Shown here: positions 9,610-19,204 of the stretch, piece after piece
Layout: each line of letters opens with the position of its first letter
How positions within the stretch are numbered: the stretch's first letter is position 1
Virus record (IMG/VR): IMGVR_UViG_3300005337_000018
Direction: 5' to 3' (one strand)
DNA: 64,000 bases
From: an uncultured virus (IMG/VR IMGVR_UViG_3300005337_000018)
Taxonomy: Duplodnaviria; Heunggongvirae; Uroviricota; Caudoviricetes
Translations under genes and position numbers: made by a program
Notes under the pieces: generated by a model
Databases searched by the model: none
Told to the model about the DNA's origin: nothing
The model's input: the letters and a program-made list of their open reading frames with translations, nothing else

Positions 9610-10746
9610 TTACCGCGCAAGGGTGGTCACCCGCTTCGGCTGATGGATTGGCCCGTCCTCCGGACCGCGCCAGTACGCGCTGATCCACACCCGCTTGACA
9701 CCGTCCTTGGTGTGCACCCGGCGAGCGTGGGCCCGGGTCACCGACCGGTAGGTCAGCCACCGCCCGGTCCCTTCCTCCCGTGCGCCGTACTGCTCCGCGT
9801 GCCGCAGCCGGATGATGGTGACCATCGGCAGCGGCCGTGTTTTGGTCCGGTTGCGCCGGGCCAGTTTCTTGTCCGTCCACTCGTCCAGGTCGGCCACGGT
9901 CTGTGTCATCAGCCAGAACACCGCATACAGCAGCCGCCCGATGTTGGTGACCTCGACCGGGTAGGACACCAGCGGGTCCGCTGTCAGTTCCAGGATCGAC
10001 GGGTCCATGGTCATTCCGGACCTCGGCGCATCGGTCACCTCGTTCACCGCGTCCATCACCGCGTCCAGATCCTCGACCATCGGAGTCTCGTAGACCATCG
10101 GCCCGATGCTCACGTCGAACGGCATGGCGATCATCGTGGTCAGGTGCCAGATACCCAACGACCGCAGCGCCTCGACGGCCGCGGGATCGGCATCCGCCCG
10201 GAGTTGGACGGAGTAGGCATCGGCCGGGTCACTGGCCAGTGCGTACATGTTGACCTCGACGTTGGACCGATGGCCACGGTGGGGCACAGTCTCGTCGTAG
10301 ACCCGCCAGGAGACCGCCGACAGCCCCGACTGCACACCGCGTGCGTCCAGGTAGTAGAACGGTCGCTCGAACACCATGAACCCGGTCCGGGACGGCAAGT
10401 CCTCCGGCGTCCACCGGTCGTGCTCCTCGCTCAGTTTGCGGGCCGCGACCGACGCCATCGCCAGCATCGGTTCGCTCACGTGGAACAGCGCGGCGATGTT
10501 CAGCGCGTTGGCTTCCTTGCTGCACCAGTCGTCGCCGTACAGAGTGGCGTTCTTCCGGACCATGTCCAGATCGATGTCGTCGTAGTCGGTCCGGGAACTG
10601 CGGCCGTTGACCTTCCGGAAGTGCCGGAGGGTCTCGATGTCCAGGTGAATGATGCCGCCCGCGTAGCCACGATAGTTCGGTGTCTGCAAATAGGATTGAT
10701 GGGCCGCGACCATCGCCGGAACCTGCATCGGCTTGATCCCGCTCAT
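9610..10746 (-). CDS. Conserved-type phage hypothetical protein
   Basis: C-terminal basic motif RSVTRAHARR...VWISAYWRGP; ATGA overlap at the start. Confidence 0.7.
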   Translation of the reverse strand: MSGIKPMQVPAMVAAHQSYLQTPNYRGYAGGIIHLDIETLRHFRKVNGRSSRTDYDDIDLDMVRKNATLYGDDWCSKEANALNIAALFHVSEPMLAMASVAARKLSEEHDRWTPEDLPSRTGFMVFERPFYYLDARGVQSGLSAVSWRVYDETVPHRGHRSNVEVNMYALASDPADAYSVQLRADADPAAVEALRSLGIWHLTTMIAMPFDVSIGPMVYETPMVEDLDAVMDAVNEVTDAPRSGMTMDPSILELTADPLVSYPVEVTNIGRLLYAVFWLMTQTVADLDEWTDKKLARRNRTKTRPLPMVTIIRLRHAEQYGAREEGTGRWLTYRSVTRAHARRVHTKDGVKRVWISAYWRGPEDGPIHQPKRVTTLAR

Positions 10747-10943
10747 GCCGCGACTCGCGCGAACTGGATCAGTTGGTCGGCGAGCCAGAGCGCTTGCTTG
10801 ACGTCCAGCACTCCGGACCCACCGGACAGGTTGATCCGGACGGCGTCGCGGTAGACCTCGACCCCCGGGTACCGGACCAGGACGGGCTGACCGTCCGCGT
10901 GACTGGCGACGAACCCGCCGCCGCGGTACTTGACCTCGGCCAT
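10743..10943 (-). CDS. Hypothetical protein
   Basis: GAGAGGAG RBS, directly downstream of the 10973-11002 promoter. Confidence 0.6.
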   Translation of the reverse strand: MAEVKYRGGGFVASHADGQPVLVRYPGVEVYRDAVRINLSGGSGVLDVKQALWLADQLIQFARVAA

Positions 10944-10972
10944 AGTGGTGTCTCCTCTCGGTTGGCAACCGT

Positions 10973-11002
10973 AGGGTACCACCTGCTACCAACCGTTGTC
11001 AA
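10973..11002 (-). promoter_or_regulatory. SigA-type promoter of the repeated cassette family
   Basis: TTGACA-18 bp-TACCCT with TGGTAGCAGGTGGTAC in the spacer. Confidence 0.7.
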
Positions 11003-11262
11003 ACGCTTTCCGGTTGCCACGCCCCGGGAGCCCGTGGGTCGCAGGGCATTCCGGCGATCGTCACCGCTCGATCCACCTGCCGACGGATGCCTTCGTCGCC
11101 CACCGGAATGGCCACGACCACCTGCTGGATCGGCCACTCGGCCTGCCGGACCGGTTGCTCGGCCGGAATGACAGTCCGGCTCCGGAACACTCCCAGGTAC
11201 GCCAGAATGACCACGACCACCAGTCCGATTGCCAACGCCAGAATCCATCCCGCAGGGTTCAC
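10999..11262 (-). CDS. Small membrane protein
   Basis: N-terminal TM helix WILALAIGLVVVVILAYLGVF. Confidence 0.6.
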   Translation of the reverse strand: MNPAGWILALAIGLVVVVILAYLGVFRSRTVIPAEQPVRQAEWPIQQVVVAIPVGDEGIRRQVDRAVTIAGMPCDPRAPGAWQPESV

Positions 11263-11567
11263 TTGCTTCCCCTTCCTCCATCACCATCGATCTGCAGCGG
11301 AACCCACCGCAGGTACATCTCGACCTCGTAGTCGGCGTCCGGACGGTCGGCCGCCGCCGTCACCTGCACCTCGTAGTAGCCGCCGTCCGGCTCGGCGAAC
11401 GCGGCGATCAGCCCGCGCCGGATCCGCCACGCCGTCTGGCCCATCGATCCCAGCCTCGAGCGGTCACCGCCGCCGACCAGGAACCACGTGCCGGGATCCG
11501 ACCGCACTTTCTCGGCTATCGCCCGGCTCGACTCCAACAGCACGGGATTCCGGGATGGTGTCATCAC
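11259..11567 (-). CDS. Hypothetical protein
   Basis: Coupled to the downstream gene by GTGA; start uncertain. Confidence 0.5.
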   Translation of the reverse strand: MMTPSRNPVLLESSRAIAEKVRSDPGTWFLVGGGDRSRLGSMGQTAWRIRRGLIAAFAEPDGGYYEVQVTAAADRPDADYEVEMYLRWVPLQIDGDGGRGSK

Positions 11568-11593
11568 TCAACAATAACAGGCGTGTTGAGTGC

Positions 11594-12382
11594 TTACACC
11601 GGTCGGCCGTGCGGGTACTGGCTCGTGACCGCCAACAGGATCTGCGCCCGGGCCGTGTTCCTCGCCTCGGTGATCTTGGCCGCGTGGGTCAGGTACAGGG
11701 CCCGCTCGATCTCGGCCAGCGGAGTGAACGCGACCTGCTTGGTCGCCTCCTCCTTGGTCATTCCGGAGAACACCCGCATCAGCAGCCTCGCGTGTTCCTT
11801 CCGGACCATGATGCCGTACTGCCGGTGGTAGCCGATGACTACGTTCCACCGTTCGGTCAGCCACCCGGGTTGTCCGAGATCCGGTATGACGTAGGAACTC
11901 TCGACGGTACCCGTGTCGATCGGCGTGCCCTGCCCGACCAGCGGGACTGCCATCACCCGCAGCAGCCGCGCGCTCGGTGGCGAACCCTTCACCTCGGATT
12001 CCTCGAACGCTTTCGGGTGGTAGTAGGCGAGGAACTGATAGACGTCCGTGTGGATCTTGGGAGCAATGTCCTGCGACACCCGGATCTCCCGCTCGCGCCG
12101 TTGCGCCGACGTCGCTGTCATTCGCTTGTTGACCACCTCGTAGTGCGCCGTCTCGGTCATCCAGCCGTGCACCGACCGGTCGATCACCAGCGCCGCCGCC
12201 TCCATCCGGAGGGTCGGGTGATCCTTGGTGTCCGGGACGCCGACGTCGTAGGAACCGATCACCGGGCCCGTCTTGGCCCGCCCCGCGGCTTGGATCGTGC
12301 GCTCCCGCCACTCCCACGCGACCGTGCCCTCGACCGCCCACTTCGGTGGCTCGTGGTACATGAATGCCGTCATCGCGCTCAC
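11594..12382 (-). CDS. Hypothetical protein
   Basis: GTGA overlap with the helicase stop. Confidence 0.65.
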   Translation of the reverse strand: MSAMTAFMYHEPPKWAVEGTVAWEWRERTIQAAGRAKTGPVIGSYDVGVPDTKDHPTLRMEAAALVIDRSVHGWMTETAHYEVVNKRMTATSAQRREREIRVSQDIAPKIHTDVYQFLAYYHPKAFEESEVKGSPPSARLLRVMAVPLVGQGTPIDTGTVESSYVIPDLGQPGWLTERWNVVIGYHRQYGIMVRKEHARLLMRVFSGMTKEEATKQVAFTPLAEIERALYLTHAAKITEARNTARAQILLAVTSQYPHGRPV

Positions 12383-14280
12383 ACCTCGAACAGCGCCCGG
12401 AGCCGGTCCCTGTCCCGGACCAGATCCTCGTAGGTGGCAGCATCGTGACCCAGCCGGTCGATCTGCCGTTGCTCGATCGTGTCGGCCGCCAGGTAGTCGA
12501 ACACCGTGATGGACTCGTGTTTCTCGGCACCGATCCGGATGAACCGGTCAAGCCCCTGCTTCATCAGGATCGGCGACCACGACCGCTGCATCAGCACCAC
12601 CTGATCGGCCGCGGTCAGCGTGATGCCCGTGCCACCGGCCGCGTAGGTGAGCAGACAGAACCGCTTGCGCCCGGCTTGGAACGCATCGATGACCTCGGTC
12701 CGCCGATCCAGGCTCACGTCGCCTGCAATGACACCGATGTCGTCCTCGAGCACGCCGTGATCCAGCATCGCTTTCTCGACCAGCCGGAGGAACTTGCGGG
12801 ACTCGAACAGCATCCCGATCTGCGAATCGCCGAACAGCTCGTCGTCCAGATCCTCGAGAAACTGCGCCAGCTTGGCCGACGGCAGCTTCAGTCCCATCTC
12901 GCTGATCCCGCCCTCGTCGTCCAGGATCGGGTAGCCGGTGGCCGACGACAGCAGTGTCATTCGGCCTGCCTGCACCAGCGCGTTGGACGCCGTGATCTTC
13001 CCTTCCTCGACCCAGGCGATCATCTTGGTGCGCATGTCGTCGTAGACCGCGCGCTGCTCCCGGCCCAGCGTGACCTCCCGGATCAACGAACCGCCCCGCA
13101 GCACCGGGGGAAGATCCAGCACCTGATCCTTCAGCACGCGCCGGGTGATCCCGTCGAACGTGGCGATGAACTCGTCCTTGCGTTGCGGATTGAGCCCGAC
13201 CACCTGCCAGAACCCGTGCTGGTCGAACCCTTGTTCCAGGTAGTAGTCGACCCAGGCCGACTTGACCGGCCAGGCATTGTGGTCGGCGTACCGCAGCGGT
13301 GCCCACGCCTGATCCGTGCGCTTGCTGATCAACGTGCCGGTCAGTCCCCACCGCAACACCGTGTCCGGTGCGCCGTCGACCACGCCCCACAGCGCTTGGG
13401 TGAGTTGCGCCGTCGGATTGATCCCCTTGTGGATCTCGTCGCAGACGATCACCGCCCAGTCGATCTCGTTCAACTCCCGCGGGTGCGCCTGACACCGTGC
13501 CTCCGGCACCACGTCCTCGCCCGTCTTGGGCCCTCCGTGGGCCGCACAGCGCTTCAGCGCGTGCCCGGGGAACGCGGAGTACCGGGTGTGGGTCCGGAAC
13601 GACTCGTGGCCGATCAGCAGCACGTCGGCCTCGCCCGCCCTGACCAGATCGATGGCCTTGCGCCGCTTGGCCGCGGAACCGTCGGCGACCACCACCCGCA
13701 CGTGCGGCAACCAGGTCTCGAACGCCGCCTGCCAGCCGACCCGAATGACAGACTTGGGGCAGGTGATGAGCACCGGCCAGCGATCCAGCGACTTGAGCGC
13801 CTCGATCACCGTGATCGTCTTGCCGGTCCCGGTGTCGTCCAGCAGCAACCGCCCGGCCGTGGGGAACCGGCCGTCGCCCGGACCTATCAACCAGCGCGCC
13901 CCGGCCCCTTGGTGGCCGTACAACTCGCCCGGGGCAGGCATGGCCTTGCCGCCACCCAGGTCCGCCGACAGCGCCCGCAGTTCGGCCCAGCCGTTCTTGT
14001 ACTTGGTGACCCAGGCCGCCAGTTCGGCCGTCGGCCGGATTCCGACCTTGAGCCCACGCGCGACCTCGCCGATGGTGAGCACCGCGGGCCACGACAGCGG
14101 CACCGTCCAGCAGCCGTCCAGCTTGGAGTACAGCGCGCCGGGGATCTCCTTCACCCGGTTGTGGAACAGCGGGGACGCCGCGATGGCGATCCGTCCCGCG
14201 TGCCGTCCGGTGGCCACGATGCCCAGCCGGAACACCCGATCCTCGACCGGGGCAACACCATCACTCAACTGCACACTCAC
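12379..14280 (-). CDS. SNF2-like superfamily 2 DNA helicase
   Basis: LLLDDTGTGKT, VCDEIH, GLTGT, AGGTGITLT and QGLDRFIRIG motifs. Confidence 0.9.
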   Translation of the reverse strand: MSVQLSDGVAPVEDRVFRLGIVATGRHAGRIAIAASPLFHNRVKEIPGALYSKLDGCWTVPLSWPAVLTIGEVARGLKVGIRPTAELAAWVTKYKNGWAELRALSADLGGGKAMPAPGELYGHQGAGARWLIGPGDGRFPTAGRLLLDDTGTGKTITVIEALKSLDRWPVLITCPKSVIRVGWQAAFETWLPHVRVVVADGSAAKRRKAIDLVRAGEADVLLIGHESFRTHTRYSAFPGHALKRCAAHGGPKTGEDVVPEARCQAHPRELNEIDWAVIVCDEIHKGINPTAQLTQALWGVVDGAPDTVLRWGLTGTLISKRTDQAWAPLRYADHNAWPVKSAWVDYYLEQGFDQHGFWQVVGLNPQRKDEFIATFDGITRRVLKDQVLDLPPVLRGGSLIREVTLGREQRAVYDDMRTKMIAWVEEGKITASNALVQAGRMTLLSSATGYPILDDEGGISEMGLKLPSAKLAQFLEDLDDELFGDSQIGMLFESRKFLRLVEKAMLDHGVLEDDIGVIAGDVSLDRRTEVIDAFQAGRKRFCLLTYAAGGTGITLTAADQVVLMQRSWSPILMKQGLDRFIRIGAEKHESITVFDYLAADTIEQRQIDRLGHDAATYEDLVRDRDRLRALFEV

Positions 14281-14504
14281 AGCGCCACCGCTCCGATCTT
14301 GTACCGACACCGCGGGCAATAGTCCTTGTCCTGCCGAATGACCCAGCGATGCTCGAGAATCCGCTCACGCATCTCGGTGAACTCCGTACCGGCCGGAGCC
14401 ACGATGCCCAGCCACGTCCTGCGGCAGTGGTCACATCGGAACCGATACGTCTGTGTTGCCTCGGTCAGCATCGGACCCCCAAGGTAGGTGCTCTCCATCA
14501 TCAC
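14277..14504 (-). CDS. Small zinc-binding hypothetical protein
   Basis: CDHC...CPRC; start near the 14501-14504 overlap is uncertain. Confidence 0.5.
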   Translation of the reverse strand: MMMESTYLGGPMLTEATQTYRFRCDHCRRTWLGIVAPAGTEFTEMRERILEHRWVIRQDKDYCPRCRYKIGAVAL

Positions 14505-14929
14505 GACACCGCAAAGTCTTTCGGCTCGAGCGACTGGCAGAACAGCACCAGGTGGCGGGCCGCGTCCCGGGCATGACCGTCGCCGCCGCGGACATACGCC
14601 CGCACGTCCTTGATCTGCTTGGCGTCGCCCACTTTCTGCATGACCAGCCGGACACCGCGTTGCCGACACATCCACCGCACCGCGCCGATGACCTCGAGGT
14701 GCGCGTACTGCGCCGTCTGCGTCCGGCCCGACCGGTAGGAGAACGCCTCGCACACGACCACCAGTTGCTCCTCGTCCTGCCGGTGGACGAACGCCCAGAC
14801 CGCGTCCAGCGCGAGCGCCTGATCGATCTCGTCGTGCCGAATGACGGTCGGGATGAGGTTGCCCTGATGGAACTCGGCCAGCACGGTGCCCGTCTTCGTG
14901 CCCGGGTCGATCGCCATGATCAGCATCAA
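14501..14929 (-). CDS. RuvC-like Holliday junction resolvase
   Basis: AIDPGTKTG, VVVCEAF and HARDAARH catalytic-type motifs. Confidence 0.8.
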   Translation of the reverse strand: MMLIMAIDPGTKTGTVLAEFHQGNLIPTVIRHDEIDQALALDAVWAFVHRQDEEQLVVVCEAFSYRSGRTQTAQYAHLEVIGAVRWMCRQRGVRLVMQKVGDAKQIKDVRAYVRGGDGHARDAARHLVLFCQSLEPKDFAVS

Positions 14930-15147
14930 TACTTCCCCGTCAGTAGGTCCACGATCTTGTCGGTCGCCAGCGCGTCCTTCGTGATGCCGTACATGTCATC
15001 CCGGAGTCGCAGCACGTAGGACCGTTGGTCCCCCTGTGCCCAATGGTTCAGCCACCCGGCCACCAGTTCCCGGCAGTCCGGACAGACGTCCGTCCGGATC
15101 ATGCCGATCGGATCCGCAGCGTGCGGACTGTGCGAGGGGAATGGCAT
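14926..15147 (-). CDS. Hypothetical protein
   Basis: Coupled between polA and the resolvase. Confidence 0.5.
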   Translation of the reverse strand: MPFPSHSPHAADPIGMIRTDVCPDCRELVAGWLNHWAQGDQRSYVLRLRDDMYGITKDALATDKIVDLLTGKY

Positions 15148-16961
15148 CAGTGAGCCTCCGCCCAGTTGTCACCGGTGCCGACGGACGCCCGGACGGCGAC
15201 CCCGTAGCGCTCCGGGTTCACGACGCTGTCCATCACCTCAGTCATCTCGGCCGCAACCTCGGCCGCGTCATTCCGTGGCACCGATGCGAGCACCTCGTCG
15301 TGTACCGGCAGCATCAGGAACTCCTCGAGCCCGGCCGCCCGGAGCCGGATGAGCGCTTCCTTGAGAATCTCGGCGGAATGACCTTGGGTCGCCCAGTTCG
15401 GCAGCTTGTGCGCCGCCTTGGGTGACTGCTCCCGGGTCAGCGCGAACCGCCGTCCGGTCGGGGTGAAGATCATCGCCTCGCCGGATCCGCTCCGGTTGAC
15501 CAGTGACATCCCGCGGTCAGCCACGGACGGGTACGCCCGCCGCAGTTCCCGGAGCACCGGGACCACCTCCATCACCGGCACGCCCGCCGTCGCCGCGATG
15601 GTCTCGGCACCGCCGGAGTAGATCGTGGCGTACATGCTCGACTTGATCAGGGTCCGACGTCGGTCCGCCTTGATGAACTCCGGGTCGTTGTAGATCTGCC
15701 GACCGATGGTCACGAAGAAATCGGACCCCGTGGTGTCGGCCTCGGCGAACCGGTCCAACAGCGCCTGATCCTTGTTCAGCGCCGCGAACACCCGCATCTC
15801 GATCTGCCCGAAGTCGGCCGACACGACCGTCTCGTCCGGGTTCCGGGCCACCACCGCCTTGCGAACGACCGGGTCATCCCGCGGCAGTTGCTGCAACGGC
15901 GGGTTCTCCACCGACATCCGGAACGTCTTGGCTTCCATGGACTTGATGCCCGGATGCACCAGCCCGATGCCGGTGGACTCCCCGCCACCGGCCGTGTGCA
16001 GGGCCTGTAGGTAGGTGCCACGGACCCGATGCACGAACCGGTAGGTCTCCACCGCCCGGGCCAGCGGATGATCGATCAGAGCCAACGTGTCGCCGTCCAC
16101 CGATGGCTTGCCGGTCGCCGTCTTGCGGTCCGGTGGCAGGATCCCCATCTTGTCCAGGGCCAGTGCGACTGCCGCGTTCTGACCCGGGTTGGTGATGCCG
16201 TGCCCGGCCAGAGTCACCATCACCGCTTTCTCTTTCGCCGCGTACATCTCGATCTGCTGCACCAGGTAGGGGTTGTCGACCGGCAGGCCGCGCTGCATCA
16301 TTCCGTTGGTGATGGACACCGTGGCCAGTTCCAGGTCGTGCAGTCGCCGGTACTTGACCATCCGGTCGGCCCACGCCTCGTAGAGCAGCCCGGTGATGCA
16401 CGTGTCGACCACGCCGTACATCGGGTAGGGCCGCCACCCGATCGGGACCGTCGACCAGTCCCAGCCCTGCTTGTCCATGCCGTCCTTGAGCAACGACTGA
16501 CCAGCCGTCGCCCACCGTCCCAGCACCTTGGCCGCGTTCGGCTTGAGCGCCCGGAGATCCTCGGCGTAGTTGCCCAGCCCGGCCAGGATGATGGTGTCGA
16601 CCACGTTGGAGTAGTCGATGTTGATCCCCTGCGTCCAGAGCGCGTTGCCGTCGAATGAAACGTTGTGCCAGACCGTCGTCATCCGGTGCCGATCGCACCA
16701 CTTCAGTGCCTCGGACACCAGGGTGGGCCACCCATCGAACGGGATGGCCCAACCCCCGGTGTGGTCGCCGAACTGGATCAGCCTGACGATGAAGCCAGGT
16801 CGCCACCACTCGAGCGCCGAATGCCCATGGACGTTCCCGGTCTCGGTGTCGACCGCGACGTAGCCGCGCGGCCGGTGGGTCAGCCAGTCCCAGAACTCAC
16901 TGACCTGCTCCGGACGCCGGAGCACCCGGATCTTGAGATCGGGAACGCCCTCCGTCATCAC
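15147..16961 (-). CDS. polA: DNA polymerase I (family A) with 3'-5' exonuclease
   Basis: AVDTETG (ExoI), SADFGQIEMRV (motif A), RTLIKSSMYATIYSGG (motif B), PVHDEV (motif C). Confidence 0.95.
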   Translation of the reverse strand: MMTEGVPDLKIRVLRRPEQVSEFWDWLTHRPRGYVAVDTETGNVHGHSALEWWRPGFIVRLIQFGDHTGGWAIPFDGWPTLVSEALKWCDRHRMTTVWHNVSFDGNALWTQGINIDYSNVVDTIILAGLGNYAEDLRALKPNAAKVLGRWATAGQSLLKDGMDKQGWDWSTVPIGWRPYPMYGVVDTCITGLLYEAWADRMVKYRRLHDLELATVSITNGMMQRGLPVDNPYLVQQIEMYAAKEKAVMVTLAGHGITNPGQNAAVALALDKMGILPPDRKTATGKPSVDGDTLALIDHPLARAVETYRFVHRVRGTYLQALHTAGGGESTGIGLVHPGIKSMEAKTFRMSVENPPLQQLPRDDPVVRKAVVARNPDETVVSADFGQIEMRVFAALNKDQALLDRFAEADTTGSDFFVTIGRQIYNDPEFIKADRRRTLIKSSMYATIYSGGAETIAATAGVPVMEVVPVLRELRRAYPSVADRGMSLVNRSGSGEAMIFTPTGRRFALTREQSPKAAHKLPNWATQGHSAEILKEALIRLRAAGLEEFLMLPVHDEVLASVPRNDAAEVAAEMTEVMDSVVNPERYGVAVRASVGTGDNWAEAH

Positions 16962-17518
16962 GGCCAGTCAAGCCCGGAGGTGTCGTCGGACGCACCGACG
17001 CCAGCCGGAGCCTGCGCACCGAGATCCTCGGCCTCGGCGGACAGGTCGTCGGCCACCGGCCTGTTCGCCGCCGCAGCACCGCCGCCCTTGCCGCCACCGC
17101 TGATGTTCCGGTTGAACCGCACCCGGTTCCGGGCCGCACCGCCCCACTCGTCCTCGCTCAGTGCGACCTCGATGACCGAACCGGTGCACCGGTCGCAGAT
17201 CTGTCGCGGGGTCGGCCGCGCCGTCTTGATCCACGTCTGGTCGGCACCCATCACCGTGAGACCCTGCGCGAAGATCCGCATGGCCGCGTCGCTCTCAGGC
17301 GACCAGGTCATCTGCTCGGAGATCTTCTTGCCCTTGAACTTGCCCTCGGTGAACTCGAGCGTGACCACGAACGCGCGCTTGTTCGCGCCCGTGACCTTCG
17401 GTTCCATCTTGGACACCAGCATGGTGTAGGTACCGGCCGGATACGCCTTGCCCAGCAACTCGTCCCCGGCCGCCGCATACTCGTCGGCGAACGAGAACTC
17501 GTCCGTGTCGTAACTCAT
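16958..17518 (-). CDS. DUF669-like putative ssDNA-binding protein
   Basis: PAGTY...EGKFKGKKI...RNRV pattern with an acidic/aromatic tail (DDTSGLDWP); lies next to the AAA ATPase. Confidence 0.65.
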   Translation of the reverse strand: MSYDTDEFSFADEYAAAGDELLGKAYPAGTYTMLVSKMEPKVTGANKRAFVVTLEFTEGKFKGKKISEQMTWSPESDAAMRIFAQGLTVMGADQTWIKTARPTPRQICDRCTGSVIEVALSEDEWGGAARNRVRFNRNISGGGKGGGAAAANRPVADDLSAEAEDLGAQAPAGVGASDDTSGLDWP

Positions 17519-18390
17519 GACACCTTCCTTTCGTCGTCCGGGCCCTCGCCCGATCCGTGTTCACCGGGAGCCGCAGGTGGCGGCACCGGCGCTGGCAGGG
17601 ACTCGACCACCGGGGCCTTGTCCCGAAACACCCGCCGCATGATGAGCTGGTAGGTGATGTTCTTCCGGATCAGTTCCTCCACCGTGTCGGCAGAGACGTC
17701 CGGGAGTTTGAGCAGCGGCGGGATCTTGCCGTTCACCCGCTGTCCGGCCTCGACGCCGTTCCGCCGCCGGGACAACAGGTACCGCTCCTCGTTGCCCTCG
17801 TCATCCTCGTTGACCTGAATGTAGGCCGTGACGTCCATCAGGTACGGAATGACATGCTGGAGCTGGCCCTGCAGGTGCGGCCGGGTGACGCCCTTGTTGT
17901 CGTCCCGGGACATCGCCGTGAGCACCACCGCCGACAGCGGATGATGCGGGTGCATGGTCAGGTCGCGGAGATCCCGGACGAACCAGCCGACCTCGCGGAG
18001 CGCCTCGCCCCACTGTTGGATCTTGACCTGTGACCGCCCGGCCACGTGCTCGACGTAGCGCGCCTGTAGTTCGGAGATCGAGTCGACCGTGGCCGACTTG
18101 AACGGATGGTCCCCGGTGGTCAGCCACTGCAGGGCCAGCGTGGCGTCCGTCCACTTCCGGACCGAAACGACCGCGGTGTCCCAGGTTCCGTCCAGTGCGG
18201 GCGGAGGATCCGCGGGGTCCCAGGTGATGGCCCGCAGCGGCAGGAACCGGGCCGCCGACTCGACGTCGAACAGCACCCGCGGAGGAGGTGTCGACACCGA
18301 CAGCAGCGACTTGCCCGCCTTGGACGGACCGTGCACCAGCATGGTCAGTGACTGATTGATCGGGGATTGGTTCCCCTTGGGTTCGGTCAT
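17515..18390 (-). CDS. AAA_24/Sak4-like ATPase
   Basis: VHGPSKAGKS Walker A, VLFDVE, TVDSISE. Confidence 0.8.
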   Translation of the reverse strand: MTEPKGNQSPINQSLTMLVHGPSKAGKSLLSVSTPPPRVLFDVESAARFLPLRAITWDPADPPPALDGTWDTAVVSVRKWTDATLALQWLTTGDHPFKSATVDSISELQARYVEHVAGRSQVKIQQWGEALREVGWFVRDLRDLTMHPHHPLSAVVLTAMSRDDNKGVTRPHLQGQLQHVIPYLMDVTAYIQVNEDDEGNEERYLLSRRRNGVEAGQRVNGKIPPLLKLPDVSADTVEELIRKNITYQLIMRRVFRDKAPVVESLPAPVPPPAAPGEHGSGEGPDDERKVS

Positions 18391-18749
18391 GCCGATGCCT
18401 TTCGTCGTTTCGGCTTCGGCGTGACCTCCACGACGATCGCCGGGTGATGCTTGTTCCGGTGGTACCGGAGTCCGGAGGAGGACAGGTAGGTCATCCCGCA
18501 GGAGTCACAGGGATACTTCCTCCTGTCACCGACAGCCCTCGACGGCACGTTGGTGATGTCGTCCACCGGGTTGCTGATCCGGAACAGTTGCATCCCCACT
18601 TCCCAGTGGGTCTCACACAGGTCGACCGCCCGGTTCGGTCCGTCCGGCCGGTCGGAGACGTACAGGATCTCCTCCTCGTCGCCGACCAGGTTCTCGGACC
18701 CGCTGTCCAGGCAGACGTCGCAGAACCGCAAGATCTGGACGCGCCTCAT
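18387..18749 (-). CDS. C2H2 zinc-finger protein with Lsr2-dimerisation-like N-terminus
   Basis: CDSCGMTYLSSSGLRYHRNKHH; N-terminal CDVC...VDLCETH; basic tail. Confidence 0.55.
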   Translation of the reverse strand: MRRVQILRFCDVCLDSGSENLVGDEEEILYVSDRPDGPNRAVDLCETHWEVGMQLFRISNPVDDITNVPSRAVGDRRKYPCDSCGMTYLSSSGLRYHRNKHHPAIVVEVTPKPKRRKASA

Positions 18750-19093
18750 CGCTTCGACCCCCGGGCCCGGCCGTTGCTCGTCCGGCCGACCTCGCCACGC
18801 TGGACACTCGCCAGCCGGATGGTGGCCATCCGGGACGCTGTCATTCGGCCGGTGTGGGACAGGTAGCCCTCGGGGTAGGAGTACCAGGACGCCAGGATGT
18901 AGCCGTGGACGTCCAGTTCCTGCGTCTTGACGGTGCCGCACCGGCCGCACGTCAGGAGGATCCGGTAGTACCGGTACTTGCTGGAATAGGCCGCGGATCG
19001 GCCCTGCCAGGCGTGCTGGAGGGATCTGCACTCCAGGACTTCGTCCGGCCAGTTCTCGACGTCCCGGGAGACGTCGTCATCGGTGGTGGCCAT
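18746..19093 (-). CDS. Hypothetical zinc-binding protein
   Basis: CRSLQHAW...CGRCGT; AAGGGG RBS. Confidence 0.65.
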   Translation of the reverse strand: MATTDDDVSRDVENWPDEVLECRSLQHAWQGRSAAYSSKYRYYRILLTCGRCGTVKTQELDVHGYILASWYSYPEGYLSHTGRMTASRMATIRLASVQRGEVGRTSNGRARGSKR

Positions 19094-19104
19094 GCGGCCC
19101 CTTC

Positions 19105-19193
19105 GTGTTGGGACCGGTCCGGCCGGTCCGAGTGTTGGGAGCCGGGAGGCTCCTGTGTTGGGGATCGAGATCCCAGGTGTTGAGCAGACGATA
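19105..19193 (-). promoter_or_regulatory. Structured leader: three hairpins separated by four CAACAC motifs
   Basis: Plus-strand GTGTTG at 19105, 19132, 19155, 19177. Stems GGACCGG/CCGGTCC, GGAGCC/GGCTCC and GGGATC/GATCCC. TATCGT -10-like hexamer upstream. Confidence 0.6.
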
Positions 19194-19204
19194 CTCCCGG
19201 CCGA

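Noticed and set aside
19105..19182. Repeat-hairpin array next to a Cas4-like gene read as a mini-CRISPR
   Set aside because: The repeats are only 6 nt, the intervening segments are 14-19-nt self-complementary stems, and no cas1/cas2 is present. Standalone Cas4-like nucleases are common in phages.
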